64,000 nt of DNA from an uncultured Candidatus Rokubacteria bacterium (GTDB taxonomy: Bacteria > Methylomirabilota > Methylomirabilia > Rokubacteriales > CSP1-6), in contig CAVXJS010000007.1 in the NCBI GenBank assembly GCA_963762145.1, forward strand, positions 1-64,000. Reading direction: 5' to 3'. Shown piece after piece: positions 48,154-62,208 of the stretch. A model generated the notes under the pieces. That model saw only the letters and a list, made by a program, of their open reading frames with translations, searched no databases and was not told where the DNA came from. Position 1 is the stretch's first letter, and each line of letters begins with the position of its first letter. The translations under genes were made by a program, and so were the position numbers.

Positions 48154-49910
48154 TCAGTCCCGGAGGTAGACGCGGCGCACGTCGGCGTTCTCGCGGATCT
48201 CGGCCGGGCTGCCCTCGGCGAGGATCTCGCCGTAGTTGAGCACGGTGATGCGGTCGGAGATGCCCATCACCACCTCCATGTCGTGCTCCACCACCACGAT
48301 CGTGACGTGGCCGGCCAGCCGGCGCACGAAGGCGGCGGTGCGCTGGGTCTCGTCCGGGCTCATGCCCGCGGTCGGCTCGTCGAGCAGGAGGAAGTCCGGG
48401 TCGGTGGCGAGCGCGATGCCGATCTCCAGGTACCGCTGCTCGCCGTGCGAGAGCTCGCGGCGCGCGCGTGCCGCTTGGCGGACAGGCCCAGGTGCCGGAG
48501 GATCTCCTCCGCGCGCGCGTTCACCGCGGTGAGCCCGTCCGCGTTGCCCCAGAAGCGGTAGTGGGTGACGCGCGACTGGGCCGCGATGCGCACGTTCTCG
48601 AAGACGGTGAGGTCGCCGAAGATGTTCGTCACCTGATAGGAGCGCGCGATGCCGAGACGCGAGACCGCGTGCGCGGGCAGCCCGGTGATGTCCCCGCCCT
48701 TGAACACGATGCGGCCGCCCGACGGCGGGCAGCACGCCGGTGAGGAGATTGAAGAACGTGGTCTTGCCCGCGCCGTTCGGCCCGATGACCGAGCGCAGCT
48801 CGCCCTCGCGCACCTGGAAGTCGACGCGGTTGACCGCGGTGAGGCCGCCGAAGGTCTTGGTGAGGCCCTGGCTCTCGAGGAGCTGCCCGTCTTCCGGCCT
48901 CGGCCGGCGGCGCGCGCCGACCAGCCGCTCGGGCTCCAGGACCTGGTCGCCCTCGGCCGGAACCGCCGCCGGCGCCCGGCGGCAGGCGACGAGCCGGGTC
49001 AGGCTGCCCACGATGCCGTCGGGGAGGAAGAGGACGATCAGCACGAAGGCGCCGCCGACGAAGACCTCCCAGTACTCGAGGTACTTGCTCAGGAAATCGC
49101 GCATCCAGATGAAGACGCCGGCGCCGACGAAGGGGCCCAGCAGCGTGCCGGTGCCGCCGAAGAGCGTCATGATCAGGACGATGCCCGACATGCTGCCAGT
49201 GGATGTTCTCGATCGGCACGAACTCGAGCACGACCGTGAGCAGCGCGCCGGCGAGACCCGAGAACAGGCCCGAGATCGCGAAGGCGGCGAGCCGCACGCG
49301 GCGGGTGTCGTAGCCGCACGCGGCCGCGCGCGTCTCGTTGGCCTTCACCGCGCGCATCACGCGCCCGAGCGGCGAGCGGAGCAGGTGGCGGATCGCGAGC
49401 ATCGCGAGGAAGATGCACGCCGCGATCACGTAGTAGCGGGTGATCGGCCGCTTGGAAAGCCGCCAGCCGAGCGGATCGCTCAGGTAGAGGATCGGCAGGT
49501 TGCCGAGGCCGTCGGTGCCGCCGGTGACCGGCGTCCACATGAGCACGACATAGTAGAAGACCTGCGACAGCGCCAGCGTGAGCATCGCCAGATAGACGCC
49601 GCGCTTGCGCAGGACCAGGACGCCGAGGATCAGCGAGGTGAGGAGGCCCCCGACCGCCCCGGCCAGGATGCTCAGCTCGAGCGGGAGATGGTAGCGGGCG
49701 AGGAGGATGCCGGTGACGTAGGCGGCCACGCCGAGGAACGCGGAGTGCCCGAGCGAGAGCACGCCCGGCGTGGCCGAGCAGCACGTCGTAGGCCAGGGCG
49801 AAGAGCCCGAAGACGAGGACCTCGGTGAGCAGGCCGAGGTAGAACGGCGTGTAGTCGGCGTAGAGCGGCGCCGTGGCGAGCACCAGCGCGGCCAGGACCA
49901 GGCCTTTCAC
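48154..49910 (-). CDS. Branched-chain amino acid ABC permease-ATPase fusion, LivM/LivG-like (frameshifts)
   Basis: SLGHSAFLG, SPLGRVMRAVKANE and FLPDGIVG continue in frame into GLTKTFGGLTAV..IGPNGAGKTT and LDEPTAG. Confidence 0.85.
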
Positions 49911-50812
49911 TCCTCGGACATCCCCTCCTGGCCGAAGAGTCCCCGGGGGCGGACGAGCAGCACGAGGGCCATCGCGAGGTAGATGACGACGTCCGCGAGC
50001 ACGTCGTAGACCATGCCGGTCAGCGCCAGCGTCTGGCCGATGAGGAGCCCGCCCGCGACGACCCCCAGGAAGCTTCCCATCCCGCCGACCACCGTGACGA
50101 TGAAGCACTCGATGAGGACGAGGCCGCCCATCTCCGGCGCGACCGCCACCAGCGGCGCGGTGATCACGCCCGCGAAGCGCGGCGAGCGCCGCGCCGAGCG
50201 CGTAGGTGATGGTCCACGTGCGCGCCACGTTGATGCCGAGGAGCTGCACCATGAGGTTGTCGCTGGTCCCGGCGCGGATCACGAGGCCGAGATTGGTCTT
50301 GTTCAGCAGGAGCCACAGCAGGGGCAGCAGCACGGCGGTGACGAGCAGGATGAAGACGCGGTAGCCGTGGACGTCGAGTGGCGCCGAGCCGGAACAGCGA
50401 GCCGGTGAGGACCTCCGGGACCGCGAACGGCTTGCCGGGGCGGCCGAAGGTCATGCGCACCAGGTCGGGGATCATGATCGCGAGGCCGTAGGTCACCAGC
50501 ACGCCGGCGAAGTTCGCGTTCTTGGTCCCGTAGATGCGCTTGAGCACGCCGCGCTCGACGAGGGCGCCGACCAGGCCGACCGTGAGCGGGCGCGGTGACC
50601 AGGGCGAGCCAGAAGCTCCCGGTGAGCTGCACGGTGAGCCAGCCCGCGTAGGCGCCCAGCATGTAGAAGATCCCATGGGCGAAGTTGATGATGCCCATGA
50701 GCCCGAACACGATGGACAGGCCCGAGCGCGACGAGGATCAGGATGCAGCCGTTCACCAGGCCGATGAACAGCTGCGTGTACCAGATCTCGAGCGGAAAGC
50801 CGAAGAGCGTCT
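49907..50812 (-). CDS. livH: Branched-chain amino acid ABC permease, LivH-like (frameshifts; start uncertain)
   Basis: FGLMGIINFAHG, VVGGMGS, LLVRPRGLFG. Confidence 0.85.
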
Positions 50813-52077
50813 CAGATCTGCTGGCTCAGAGGCTTCTTCGGATCGAAGCCCTCGCCCTCGCACGACTCGGCGATCGTCTCGCCGCTCACGCCTGCACGAT
50901 GTCGAAGAAGTCCCACGCGTCCTTCATCGCGGCGGCCGGCTTGCCCTTGCAGAGGTACACCTCCTGGATGTTCACGTGGTCGCAGGCGCGGATCTGCTCG
51001 GGGCCCTTGAGGTACTGGAACTTCCGGCCCTCGAGCGCGCGGGTGACCTTGTCGGTCTCGAGCGATTTCACCTCGTTCGCGGTCTCGAGCAGCACGCGCA
51101 CCGTGGAGTAGGTGGACGCCGTGTACCCGCTCGGGGCGCGCTTGCGGAGCGCGCAGTGCCGGTCGTAGTAGCTTCTTGGCCGCCGGGTACTTGTCCTTGA
51201 GGTGCCAGTACCACGGCATGCCCGACGTAGAAGTTCTCGTAGACGCCCGTGCCGGCGGCCTCCGCGAAGGTGAGCTCGGTGATGGAGTGGATGACCTGCG
51301 CCTGCTTGGCGAGCCCGAACTCCTGCACCTGCTTGGCGCACGCCACCTGGTCGGCGGCCCACGTCGTGATGAAGACGACGTCGGCCTTCGCCGCGGCCAC
51401 CTTCGGCAGGAAGGGCAGGAAGTCGCGCGTGCCGAGCGGCGCCCACGTCACGCCCGTCCACTCGGCGCCGACCTGCTTGGCCACCAGCGAGTAGGCGCGC
51501 TCGAACATCTGCGGCCACGAGTAGTTGTTGGCGAGCATGTGCCACTTCTTGCCCATCTTCTGCTGGCGTCGACGAAGTGCGCCGCGGCGGCCGCGGTCTG
51601 GTAGGGCGTGAGGTTGTTGCCGAACTGGTACTTGCACATCTTGCCCTTGACGGTCAGGAAGTTCTGGCCGAAGAAGCTGACGATCACGTCGTTCTTGCAG
51701 CCCGACCTCCGCCATCGCGATGCCCTCGAAGCCGACGATGGCCCCGACCAGGAACGGCGCCTTCTCCACCTCGATCAGCTCGGTGGCCTTGCGCTTGGCC
51801 ACCTCGGGCTTGAACTCGGAGTCGCGGATGACGGTCTCGACCTTCCGGCCCATGACGCCGCCCGTCGGCGTTGACGTCCTCGACCGCGATCTGGGTGGCG
51901 GCGAGCATCTCCTGGGCCTCGAGCGCCATCGGCCCGGTCATCGGGCACCACGACGCCGAGCTTGAGCGCCTGCTGGCCGAGGGCCAGGCGGTTCACGAAG
52001 GGGAAGCCGGAGACCGCGCTGGCCGCGCCGGCTCCGGCGAGGGTCTTGAGGATCGTTCGCCGCGTCGTGGGATTCAT
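50812..52077 (-). CDS. Branched-chain amino acid ABC substrate-binding protein with Tat signal (frameshifts)
   Basis: MNPTTRRTILKTL twin-arginine signal; GRKVETVIRDSEFKP; APLGTRDF. Confidence 0.85.
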
Positions 52078-52203
52078 CGTGGTCCCTCCGCTCTGAGGGG
52101 CGCGAGATGTGAGGCTGACGCGACAGCTTATATCACGCGCGCCGCGGCGGCGTCCACTCCCGGCCCCCGCGACGCTGTGGTAGGCTCCGCGTGGAGATCG
52201 GCC

Positions 52204-53217
52204 TTGCCCAGGGACCTGCACTTCGGCCTCATCCTCGCCCTCACGATCCGCGGCCTCGCGGTGACGTCCTACGAGGACATGCGCCGAGTGGCCGGCCTCG
52301 CCGAGGATCTGGGCTTCGACTCGGTCTGGCTCTGCGATCACTTCCTCACCCTGGCGCCCGACGCCTACGTCGAGGACGCGGGCATCGCGGGACGCGCCGG
52401 GGGCGGGGCCCGCGGGGCCGAGACCCGCTCGATGCCGCTGCTCGAATGCTGGACCGCGCTCTCCGCGCTCGCCCGGGACACCACCCGGCTCCGCCTCGGC
52501 ACGAGCGTGCTGTGTCATTCCTACCGGTCGCCCGCGGTGCTGGCCAAGATGGCGGCGACCCTGGACGTGATCAGCGACGGGCGGCTCGACCTGGGCCTGG
52601 GCGCCGGGTGGTTCGAGCAGGAGTACCGCGCCTACGGGATCCCGTTCCCTCGCATCGGCGAGCGGATCGACCAGCTCGCGGAGGGAGTCGAGATCATCCG
52701 GCGCATGTGGACGGAGGCGCACCCGCGCTTCCAGGGCCGGCACTACACGATCGACGGGGCGTCGTGCGATCCGCCTCCGCGCCAGCGGCCGCATCCGCCG
52801 ATCTGGATCGGCGGGGAGGGCGACCGGGTGCACCAGCTGGCCGCGCGCGCGGCCGACGGGGTCAACGTGCGCTGGTGGGGCCCCGACCGGATCGCGGGGC
52901 GAGCCGGGTATCTCGACGCGGCGTGCCGGGAGGCGGGGCGCGATCCGGCCGCGCTCGCGCGCTCGGTCACCGCGCTGCTGATCGCGGATACCGACGCGGG
53001 GCGGGCCGCCGCGACGCGCGAGCGCTTCGCGGGTATCCCGGGCGAGGGGCACGTGGCGGGCACGCCGGAGGCGTGCGTGGCGCGCGTGCGGGAGTACGTC
53101 GAGGCGGGCGTGCGCCACTTCCTGTTCACGATCCCGGACGTGGCCTCGAGCCCCGCCCTCGAGCTGGTCGGGCGCCGGGTGCTCCCGGCGCTGCGCCAGG
53201 AGTTCGCGGCTCCCTAG
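52204..53217 (+). CDS. LLM-class flavin/F420-dependent oxidoreductase
   Basis: [42 protein letters not shown]. Confidence 0.9.
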   Translation: MPRDLHFGLILALTIRGLAVTSYEDMRRVAGLAEDLGFDSVWLCDHFLTLAPDAYVEDAGIAGRAGGGARGAETRSMPLLECWTALSALARDTTRLRLGTSVLCHSYRSPAVLAKMAATLDVISDGRLDLGLGAGWFEQEYRAYGIPFPRIGERIDQLAEGVEIIRRMWTEAHPRFQGRHYTIDGASCDPPPRQRPHPPIWIGGEGDRVHQLAARAADGVNVRWWGPDRIAGRAGYLDAACREAGRDPAALARSVTALLIADTDAGRAAATRERFAGIPGEGHVAGTPEACVARVREYVEAGVRHFLFTIPDVASSPALELVGRRVLPALRQEFAAP

Positions 53218-53241
53218 ATGCCAGCGAGAAAGGACGGCGGC

Positions 53242-53937
53242 ATGGACCCCGACGAGCGGCGGCGCTATCTCGAGCCCACCCGGTTCATCGACTCGGACCA
53301 CGCGGACGTGATCGCGCGGGCGCGGCGCCTGACCGAGGGCTGCGCGAGCGACCGGGAGAAGCTCGAGCGCATCTACTACTTCGTGCGCGACATGCCCTAC
53401 GACATCCTCGCCTCGTTCCGCTACCTGGCCCAGGGTCGGAACCGCGCGAGCGACGTGCTCCAGGCCGGCCACGCCTTCTGCATGGGCAAGGCGAGCTCGT
53501 TCGTGGCGCTGTGCCGCGCCTCCGGCATCCCGGCGCGCATCGGGTTCCAGCAGCTCCACTGTCCCGACAAGCCGTTCATGTCCGAGGAGGTCCGGCGGCT
53601 GTGGGGCGACCGTACGCTGCCGCGGCATTCGCTCGGCGAGGCCTATCTCGACGGCCGGTGGCTCAAGCTCGACGCGACGATCGACGCCCGGACCGCCGCG
53701 GCCAAGGGACGGCCCTACGAGCGCCAGTTCGACGGCGAGCACGACATCCCGACCGTGGAAGGCCCGATCCTCAAGGACCTGGAGAGCCACGCCGACTACC
53801 CGACGGACGTCGCCGAGTGGTACGAGATGATGGCCCGCGAGGTCATGCGGGCGCTCGCGGAAGACGACGCGCACCGGCGGGTCGCCTCGGACGACGCGCT
53901 GTGGAGCGGCCCGCGGCCGGCCGCTGGCGACCCGTGA
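53242..53937 (+). CDS. Transglutaminase-like family protein
   Basis: [18 protein letters not shown] (Cys), HSLGE (His), WLKLDAT (Asp). Confidence 0.85.
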   Translation: MDPDERRRYLEPTRFIDSDHADVIARARRLTEGCASDREKLERIYYFVRDMPYDILASFRYLAQGRNRASDVLQAGHAFCMGKASSFVALCRASGIPARIGFQQLHCPDKPFMSEEVRRLWGDRTLPRHSLGEAYLDGRWLKLDATIDARTAAAKGRPYERQFDGEHDIPTVEGPILKDLESHADYPTDVAEWYEMMAREVMRALAEDDAHRRVASDDALWSGPRPAAGDP

Positions 53938-55575
53938 CCGTCTCTCCCCTCGCGGGGAAGCCGGCGCCGCCGGAGATGCTGGTGGACGTCGTGGGGCTCG
54001 AGCGCGAGTACTACGCGCGCCGGCCCGACCCCGACGACCCGAACCAGCTCGTCGCGTTCGGGACGAGCGGGCACCGCGGCTCCCCGCTTCGTGGGTCGTT
54101 CACCGAGGCGCACATCCTGGCGACCACCCAGGCGATCTGCGATTACCGTCGCGGCCGCGGCATCGACGGGCCGCTGTACATGGGCAAGGACACGCACGCG
54201 GTGTCCGGGCCGGCCGAGCGCACCGCGCTCGAGGTGCTGGCCGCGAACGGGGTGGAGACGATCATCCAGCGTGAGGACGGCGTGACGCCGACCCCGGTCA
54301 TCTCGCATGCGATTTTGGTCTACAACCGGGGCCGCGGCGCGCACCTGGCGGACGGCATCGTGGTGACGCCGTCGCACAACCCGCCGGAGGACGGCGGCTT
54401 CAAGTACAACCCGCCCGACGGCGGCCCCGCCGACACCGACGTCACCCGCTGGGTCCAGGACCGCGCCAACGAGCTCCTGCGGGCGGGCAACGCGGGCGTC
54501 GCGCGGGTGCCGTACGAGCGCGCGCTCCGCGCCGCGACCACCCATCGGGACGATCTCGTCCTGCCCTACGTGAACGATCTGCGGCAACGTGGTGGACATG
54601 GACGCCATCCGCGGGGCCCGGCTCCGGCTCGCGGTGGATCCGCTCGGCGGCGCGTCACGGCCGTACTGGGAGCCGATCAACGCGGTCTACGGGCTGGACG
54701 TGGCGATCGTGAACCCGACGATCGACCCGACCTTCTCGTTCATGACGGTGGATCACGACGGCAAGATCCGCATGGACTGCTCGAGCCCCTACGCGATGGC
54801 CCGGCTCGTCGGCCTCAAGGACCGCTATCGCGTCGCCTTCGCGAACGATCCGGATTCGGATCGCCACGGCATCGTCACGCCCGGGGCTGGTCTGATGAAT
54901 CCGAACCACTACCTGGCCGTCGCCATCGGGTACCTGTTCGCGAGCCGCCCCGAGTGGCCCGCGGGCGCCGCGGTCGGCAAGACGCTGGTCAGCAGCGGGC
55001 TGATCGACCGGGTGGCCCGGAAGCTGGGCCGCCGCCTCCACGAGGTGCCGGTGGGGTTCAAGTGGTTCGTCCCCGGCCTGCTCGACGGCTCGCTGGGGTT
55101 CGGGGGCGAGGAGAGCGCCGGGGCCAGCTTCCTCCGGCGCGACGGCACCGTGTGGGCGACCGACAAGGACGGGCTGATCATGGACCTGCTCGCCGCCGAG
55201 ATCACCGCGCGCACCGGCCGGGACCCCGGGGAGCACTACGAGACGCTGGCCGCCGAGCTCGGGACCCCGTGGTACACGCGCATCGACGCCGCCGCGAGCC
55301 CCGAGCAGAAGGCCCGGCTGGGGAAGCTGTCCCCGGCCGCGGTGACCGCGTCGCGGCTCGCGGGCGAGCCCATCACCGCCACGCTCACCCGGGCGCCCGG
55401 CAACGACGCGCCGATCGGCGGGCTCAAGGTCGTGGCCGCGAGCGGCTGGTTCGCGGCGCGGCCCTCCGGGACGGAGAACATCTACAAGATCTACGCGGAG
55501 AGCTTCCGGGATCCGGCGCACCTCGACGCGATCGTGCGCGAGGCGCAGGAGATCGTGGACGCGGCGCTGCGCTAG
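53934..55575 (+). CDS. pgm: Phosphoglucomutase (frameshift near 54585)
   Basis: [42 protein letters not shown]. Confidence 0.95.
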
Positions 55576-56756
55576 CCGCCGGTCCTCGGCGGGTGCGCGC
55601 GGACCGCGTCCTCGTTGACCTCGGTGCCCCAGCCCGGCCCGGTGGGCAGCAGCAGGTGGCCGTTCTCGATTCGCGGCTTCACGGTCACCAGGTCGTCCTG
55701 CCACGGCACCATGTCGGGATCGATCTCCATGATGCGGAGGTTCGGGACCACCGCGCTCCAGTGCGCGTTCATCATGGTGGCGAGGTGGCCGTAGAAGTTG
55801 TGCGGCGCCACGTTGATCTCGTAGGTGTCGGCCATCGCCGCGATCTTGAGCGACTCGGCCACCCCGTTCCACGGCGTGTCGATGATGGCCACGTCCACCG
55901 CCTGCTGCTCGAAGAACGGCCGGTAGTCGCGGCGGCCGAAGAGGCACTCGCACGAGGCGACCGGGATGCGTGGTGCGGCTGCGGACGTAGGCCAGCGCCT
56001 TCGGATCGCGCGTGTCGATCTCGACCCAGAAGAGGTCGTAGGGCTCCATGGCCCGCGCCATCTTGCAGGAAGCCCTCGGTCTTGTAGTTGAAGTTGAGGT
56101 CCACCAGGATGTCCATGCCGGGCCCCGCGCCCTCGCGGAAGGCGGCGAGCTGGCCGCGGATGGCCTCGAGCACGTGGCGGTCGGCGTTGAGCTCGGGGAA
56201 GCCGGCGCCGCGGGCGAAGCCGGGCACGTGCGCGCGCGGGTTGTCGCCGAGCAGGAGCACGTTGGTCTTGAGCGCGGTGTAGCCCTTGGCCACCACCTCG
56301 CGTGCCCAGCGCCACGATGTCGTCGAGCGTGCGCACCGGCGGGATGCTGCATCTCCTTGGCGCGGCTCACCCGGTAGGTGGCGCAGTGCGACCAGTACAG
56401 GCGGATGCGGTCGCGCACCGGGCCGCCGAAGAGCTCGTAGACCGGGATGCCGAGCGCGCGCGCCTTGATGTCGAGCAGCGCGTTCTCGATCGCGCCGATG
56501 GCCTGCTGGATCACCCCGCCGGCGGCCTGCCGGCGCAGCGCGTACAGCAGCGCGACGTGCGCCTCCTACGGGCGCGGGTCCTTGCCCGAGGAGCAGCGGC
56601 GCGAGCCGCGCGATCGCCGCGGAGACGCCGGCGCCGCCGAAGGACTCGTTGTACTCGCTCCAGCCGACGAGGCCCTCGTCGGTGGTGATCTTGAGGAAGT
56701 CGAGGCTGCGCCAGCCGGCGTCGGCGTGCAGCGACTCCACCTGCGGTGATCTTCAT
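55572..56756 (-). CDS. Mandelate racemase/muconate lactonizing enzyme family protein (frameshifts)
   Basis: [45 protein letters not shown]. Confidence 0.88.
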
Positions 56757-56837
56757 CGCGTCTCCTTGGTCCACCCGGTGAGAGAGGCCCGGGCCGGCCG
56801 GGGTAGGCTACCGGAGGGACGATCAGGTCGGCAAGGG

Positions 56838-57503
56838 GTGCGGCCGCGCTCCGGGCTCGCCCTGCTGCTCGTCGCGGTCGGCTTCGCCGGCGCGGCCTGC
56901 CTCGGGCCGGTTCACGGGCTCCATCCCCCGCCGGCGGACGAGGCCACGATCACCGTCCACGTCGTACGGTACGGCTGGCACAGCGGCCTCGTGATGCGGC
57001 GCGACCAGATCCCGTCGGGTGCGTGGCCCGAGCACGACCTGTTCCCGTCCGCGCGATACCTCGAGGTGGGGTGGGGCGATCGCGCCTTCTACCAATCGCC
57101 GGACGCGGGCATCGCGCTCGCTCTCGAGGCCTCGTTCGCCTCGGGAGGCAGCGTGCTCCACGTGACGGGGCTCGCCCGCCCGCCCGCCGAGCACTTTGCC
57201 CGCGCCGAGATCACGCCGGTCGAGCTCTCCGCGGCCGGCGCGGAGGCGCTCGCCCGCTTCGTGTCGCGCGCCTACGCGCGCGACGCGTCGGGCGCGCCGA
57301 TCGACCTCGGCCCGGGCCTCTATCCCGGCAGCCGCTTCTACGCCGCGACCGGCCGCTACTCGCTCTTCCACACGTGCAACAGCTGGATCGCCGAGGCGCT
57401 CCGGGCCGGCGGCTGCCCGATCACGCCGGCCTGGGCCGCCACCGGGGGCAACCTCGCCTTCCAGGCCCGCCGGTGCGGGCCGTCCGCGCGGCAGGTTCCT
57501 TGA
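56838..57503 (+). CDS. DUF2459 domain protein (probable lipoprotein)
   Basis: GWHSGL, LEVGWGDRAFY, YSLFHTCNSW. Confidence 0.8.
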   Translation: MRPRSGLALLLVAVGFAGAACLGPVHGLHPPPADEATITVHVVRYGWHSGLVMRRDQIPSGAWPEHDLFPSARYLEVGWGDRAFYQSPDAGIALALEASFASGGSVLHVTGLARPPAEHFARAEITPVELSAAGAEALARFVSRAYARDASGAPIDLGPGLYPGSRFYAATGRYSLFHTCNSWIAEALRAGGCPITPAWAATGGNLAFQARRCGPSARQVP

Positions 57504-57579
57504 CCCAGCGAAATTCGGGCGGGTACTCTCGGCGCAGCCGCTCGGAGGCTCCGGCATGGCCGGGCGGGGAGGAGGGGTG

Positions 57580-59190
57580 ATGGGCGGCTCGCTGGCCGAG
57601 GTGCCGGGGCGTGAGGTCTGCGTGACGCGCTATCTGGTGCAGCGCAACGCGGAGGAGCACGGAGACCGGCCGTTCCTGATCTTTCCTGACGCTCCGACGC
57701 TGACCTGGCGGGGCGCGCACGATCGCGTCGTGCAGATGGCCTGCGGCCTGGCGCGGCTCGGCGTCCGCCAGGGCGAGCACGTGCTGAGCTGGCTGCCGAC
57801 CGGCGCCGACAGCATTCTCCTCATGCTGGCCCTGAATCACCTGGGCGCCGTCTACGTGCCCGTGAACCTGGCCTATCGCGGCCGGCTGCTGGAGCACGTC
57901 GTCCGCGTCTCGGACGCCCGGCTGATGGTGGCCCACGCCGACCTCGTGCCGCGCCTGGACGAGATCGAGCGGGCGCGGCTCGAGGCCGTCGTCGTCCTCG
58001 GTGGCACGGCCGCGACCGCGCTCGCGGCGCACGGCCCCGAGGCGCTGGCCCCGAGCGATCGCACGCTCCCGCCGCTCGCGCGCCCGATCGAGCCGTGGGA
58101 CACCCAGACCGTGATCTTCACCTCCGGCACCACCGGGCCGTCCAAGGCCGTGCTGTCGTCGTACTGCCAGGGCTGGTCGATGATGGGGCCGGAGGCGTGG
58201 CCGTTCATCACCGGGGCGGACCGCTATTTCATGACGATGCCGATGTTCCACGTCGGCGGCACCGGCCTGGTCAATTGCATGACCTTCCGCGCCGGCTCGC
58301 TCGTGGTGGTGCCGAGCTTCGACACCGAGCGCTTCTGGCCCCTGGTGCGACGCACCGAGGCGACGGTCGTCTTCCTCCTCGGCGGGATGGCGAGCTTCCT
58401 GTGGAAGCGCCCGCCGGGTCCGGACGATCGCGACCACCGGCTCAAGCTCGCCTTCATGGTGCCGCTCGTCGACGACGTGCCGGGTTTCGCCGCCCGCTTC
58501 GGCGTGGACGTGCGCACCGTGTTCAACATGACCGAGATCAACAACCCGATCGTGTCCGAGCCGCAGCCGCAGGGCCGCGGCTTCTGCGGCCGCCTGCGTC
58601 CCGGCAGCGAGGCGCGGCTGGTCGACGCCAGCGATCGCGCGGTGCCGCCGGGCGAGGTCGGCGAGATGATCCTGCGCACGGCCCGGCCTTGGGCGCTCAA
58701 CCACGGCTACCACAACGACCCGGCCGCCACCGCGCGCGCCTGGCGCAACGGCTGGTTCCACACCGGCGACGCCTTCCGCCAGGACCCCGAGGGCAACTAC
58801 TACTACGTCGACCGGGTGAAGGATTCGATCCGCCGCCGCGGCGAGAACATCTCCTCCTACGAGGTGGAGATCGAGCTCCTGGCGCACGCCGCGGTCCGCG
58901 AGGCCGCCGCGGTGGCGGTGCCGAGCGAGCACGGCGAGGACGAGGTCATGGCGGTGCTGGCGCTGGTGCCCGGAGCCCTCCTCGATCCGGCGGAGCTGAT
59001 CGAGTTCCTGCGGCCACGCCTCGCGCACTTCATGATTCCGCGCTACGTGCGCATCACCGCCGAGCTGCCGAAGACCCCCACGCAGAAGGCAGAGAAGCAC
59101 CGCCTGCGCGCCGAAGGCGTGACGCCGGACACCTGGGACCGCGAGGCGGCCGGCATCCGGGTGCGGCGCGAGAAGGTCGGCGGGACCTGA
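57580..59190 (+). CDS. AMP-dependent CoA ligase (CaiC-like)
   Basis: FTSGTTGPSK, FNMTE, WFHTGD, DRVKDSIRRRGENIS, LPKTPTQK. Confidence 0.92.
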   Translation: MGGSLAEVPGREVCVTRYLVQRNAEEHGDRPFLIFPDAPTLTWRGAHDRVVQMACGLARLGVRQGEHVLSWLPTGADSILLMLALNHLGAVYVPVNLAYRGRLLEHVVRVSDARLMVAHADLVPRLDEIERARLEAVVVLGGTAATALAAHGPEALAPSDRTLPPLARPIEPWDTQTVIFTSGTTGPSKAVLSSYCQGWSMMGPEAWPFITGADRYFMTMPMFHVGGTGLVNCMTFRAGSLVVVPSFDTERFWPLVRRTEATVVFLLGGMASFLWKRPPGPDDRDHRLKLAFMVPLVDDVPGFAARFGVDVRTVFNMTEINNPIVSEPQPQGRGFCGRLRPGSEARLVDASDRAVPPGEVGEMILRTARPWALNHGYHNDPAATARAWRNGWFHTGDAFRQDPEGNYYYVDRVKDSIRRRGENISSYEVEIELLAHAAVREAAAVAVPSEHGEDEVMAVLALVPGALLDPAELIEFLRPRLAHFMIPRYVRITAELPKTPTQKAEKHRLRAEGVTPDTWDREAAGIRVRREKVGGT

Positions 59191-59191
59191 G

Positions 59192-60412
59192 CTAGCGCAG
59201 GCGCGGGCCCGGGTCCATCTTCATGAAGACCCGGCCGCCCATCGGGTACCACTCCGGCATGATGGTGACCGCCTGAGCGACGACCTGGAGATCGCGCCAG
59301 CACTCGGCCAGACGGCTCTCGCGCCGGTAGGACGTGCTGCCACCCTGCCGGTACACCAGGTCCATCGCCTCGCGGGCGCAGTCGGCGGCGTGGACGGCGG
59401 CCAGCCGGCACCGGGCGCGCTGCTCCAGGGTCGTATCTTCTCCGGCCGCGATCGTGTTCCACGCCTCCGTGATCGTCGCGCTGCGATACGCGCGGCCCGC
59501 GTTCAGGATCGCGTCGGCCCGGCCGATCGCGTCCTGCACTTGCGGGTTGTCGCAGAGACGACTGGTCCGGCCGCGGGGCGTCTTCTCGACGGCCAGCTCG
59601 ATCAGCGCGTCGATGCCGGCCCGGGCGATGCCGGTGATCACGGCGCTGTGATGTGGCCCGACCCAGGCCTGCGCCGGCAGCGCGTACGAGATTCCCGGCC
59701 AGTGGCTCCACTGGTTGTCGAGCGGGACACCGGCGTGGACCATCGTCCGCCGCTCCGGCAGAAAGACGTCGTCGACCGTCCAGTCGAAGCTGCCGGTCGC
59801 ACGGAGCCCGGACACATCCCAGCTCCCCGCGACAATCTGCGCTTCGGCGCGATGGAAGACGCCGCGCCAGTAGACCGAGGCGCCATCCGGGCTCCGGCGC
59901 GGCTGGTCGCCATCGAGGATCTGGAAGCTGCCCAGCATCCAGGGGCTCTCCTGGCACCCGGTGCCGAATGGCCAGCGACCGGTGACCCGGTAGCCACCGT
60001 CGACAGGTACAGCCCGGCCGCCGCCCTGCACGGCAGTGCCGGCGACGGCGACGTCACCGCCGGGCCCGTAGATCTCCCGGATACCCCCTTCCGGCAAGCC
60101 GAGCGTGACCAGCTGCGCGATATTGTTGTTGCAGAGATTCCAGCCGACCGAGCCGGAACCCTCGGCCAGCAGCTCGACCGTGCGCAGATACGTGAGCGGG
60201 TCGGCCTGCAGACCGCCCAGCTCCCGCGGTCTCACGAGCCGGTAGAAGCCGGCCGCGTGAAACTGTTCGACCAGCGCCTTCGGCAAGCGCTGCTCGCGCT
60301 CGAGCTCATCGCGATACGCGCGGATGACCGACCGCAGCGCGGCCGCGGCCTGGACCGGGGCCTGAGCCTCGACGTCGGCCGGTAGACGCTTGTCGTCGGT
60401 AATCTGCCGCAT
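59192..60412 (-). CDS. Acyl-CoA dehydrogenase-fold flavin-dependent monooxygenase (HsaA-like)
   Basis: GYRVTGRWPFGTGC, WDVSGLRATGS, GGSTSY..WRD. Confidence 0.85.
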   Translation of the reverse strand: MRQITDDKRLPADVEAQAPVQAAAALRSVIRAYRDELEREQRLPKALVEQFHAAGFYRLVRPRELGGLQADPLTYLRTVELLAEGSGSVGWNLCNNNIAQLVTLGLPEGGIREIYGPGGDVAVAGTAVQGGGRAVPVDGGYRVTGRWPFGTGCQESPWMLGSFQILDGDQPRRSPDGASVYWRGVFHRAEAQIVAGSWDVSGLRATGSFDWTVDDVFLPERRTMVHAGVPLDNQWSHWPGISYALPAQAWVGPHHSAVITGIARAGIDALIELAVEKTPRGRTSRLCDNPQVQDAIGRADAILNAGRAYRSATITEAWNTIAAGEDTTLEQRARCRLAAVHAADCAREAMDLVYRQGGSTSYRRESRLAECWRDLQVVAQAVTIMPEWYPMGGRVFMKMDPGPRLR

Positions 60413-60622
60413 TGGCCGGGATGTTCCGCTGGCGAAGCAGAGGTGTCAAGGGCGCATCCGCGCTACCGCAGGCGCGGCGCCTTCGGCGGGTCGCGGCCCA
60501 TCGAGCGAGGCGCGGCGTCGCGCGCCGATCCTGTCAGAGCGGGGACAAGTCAAACCGGGGGCGTCGAGGTGGCGTGTGCCGTGAGCCTCGACGCCCTCCG
60601 GTCGATCCGGTTCCAGCGGGTC

Positions 60623-62052
<1,430 letters not shown>

Positions 62053-62081
62053 CTCGCGCCCTCCTTATGGTATGGGAGTTT

Positions 62082-62168
62082 GCGAGCGCCGTTGCCCACA
62101 GCCGACCCGAGGGGTCGGCCGCTCCGAGCCTGGCGGGAAGGGCTCCCGTCGCAACGCTCCTCGAAGCT
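62082..62168 (-). ncRNA. SAH riboswitch
   Basis: Minus strand reads GCTTCGAGGAGCGTTGCGACGGGA..TCCCGCCAGGCTCGGAGC..CAACGGCGCTC, matching the conserved SAH aptamer. It lies directly upstream of ahcY, with TATAAT at 62183-62188. Confidence 0.9.
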
Positions 62169-62208
62169 GTGTACCGGACACGATTATACATGATACAAGG
62201 AGACGGAC

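Noticed and set aside
48154-49910. LivM-LivG fusion as a novelty
   Set aside because: Permease-ATPase fusions are common in this ABC family.
52191-56087. 1298-aa plus-strand ORF
   Set aside because: A shadow frame that contains only the N-terminal part of pgm.
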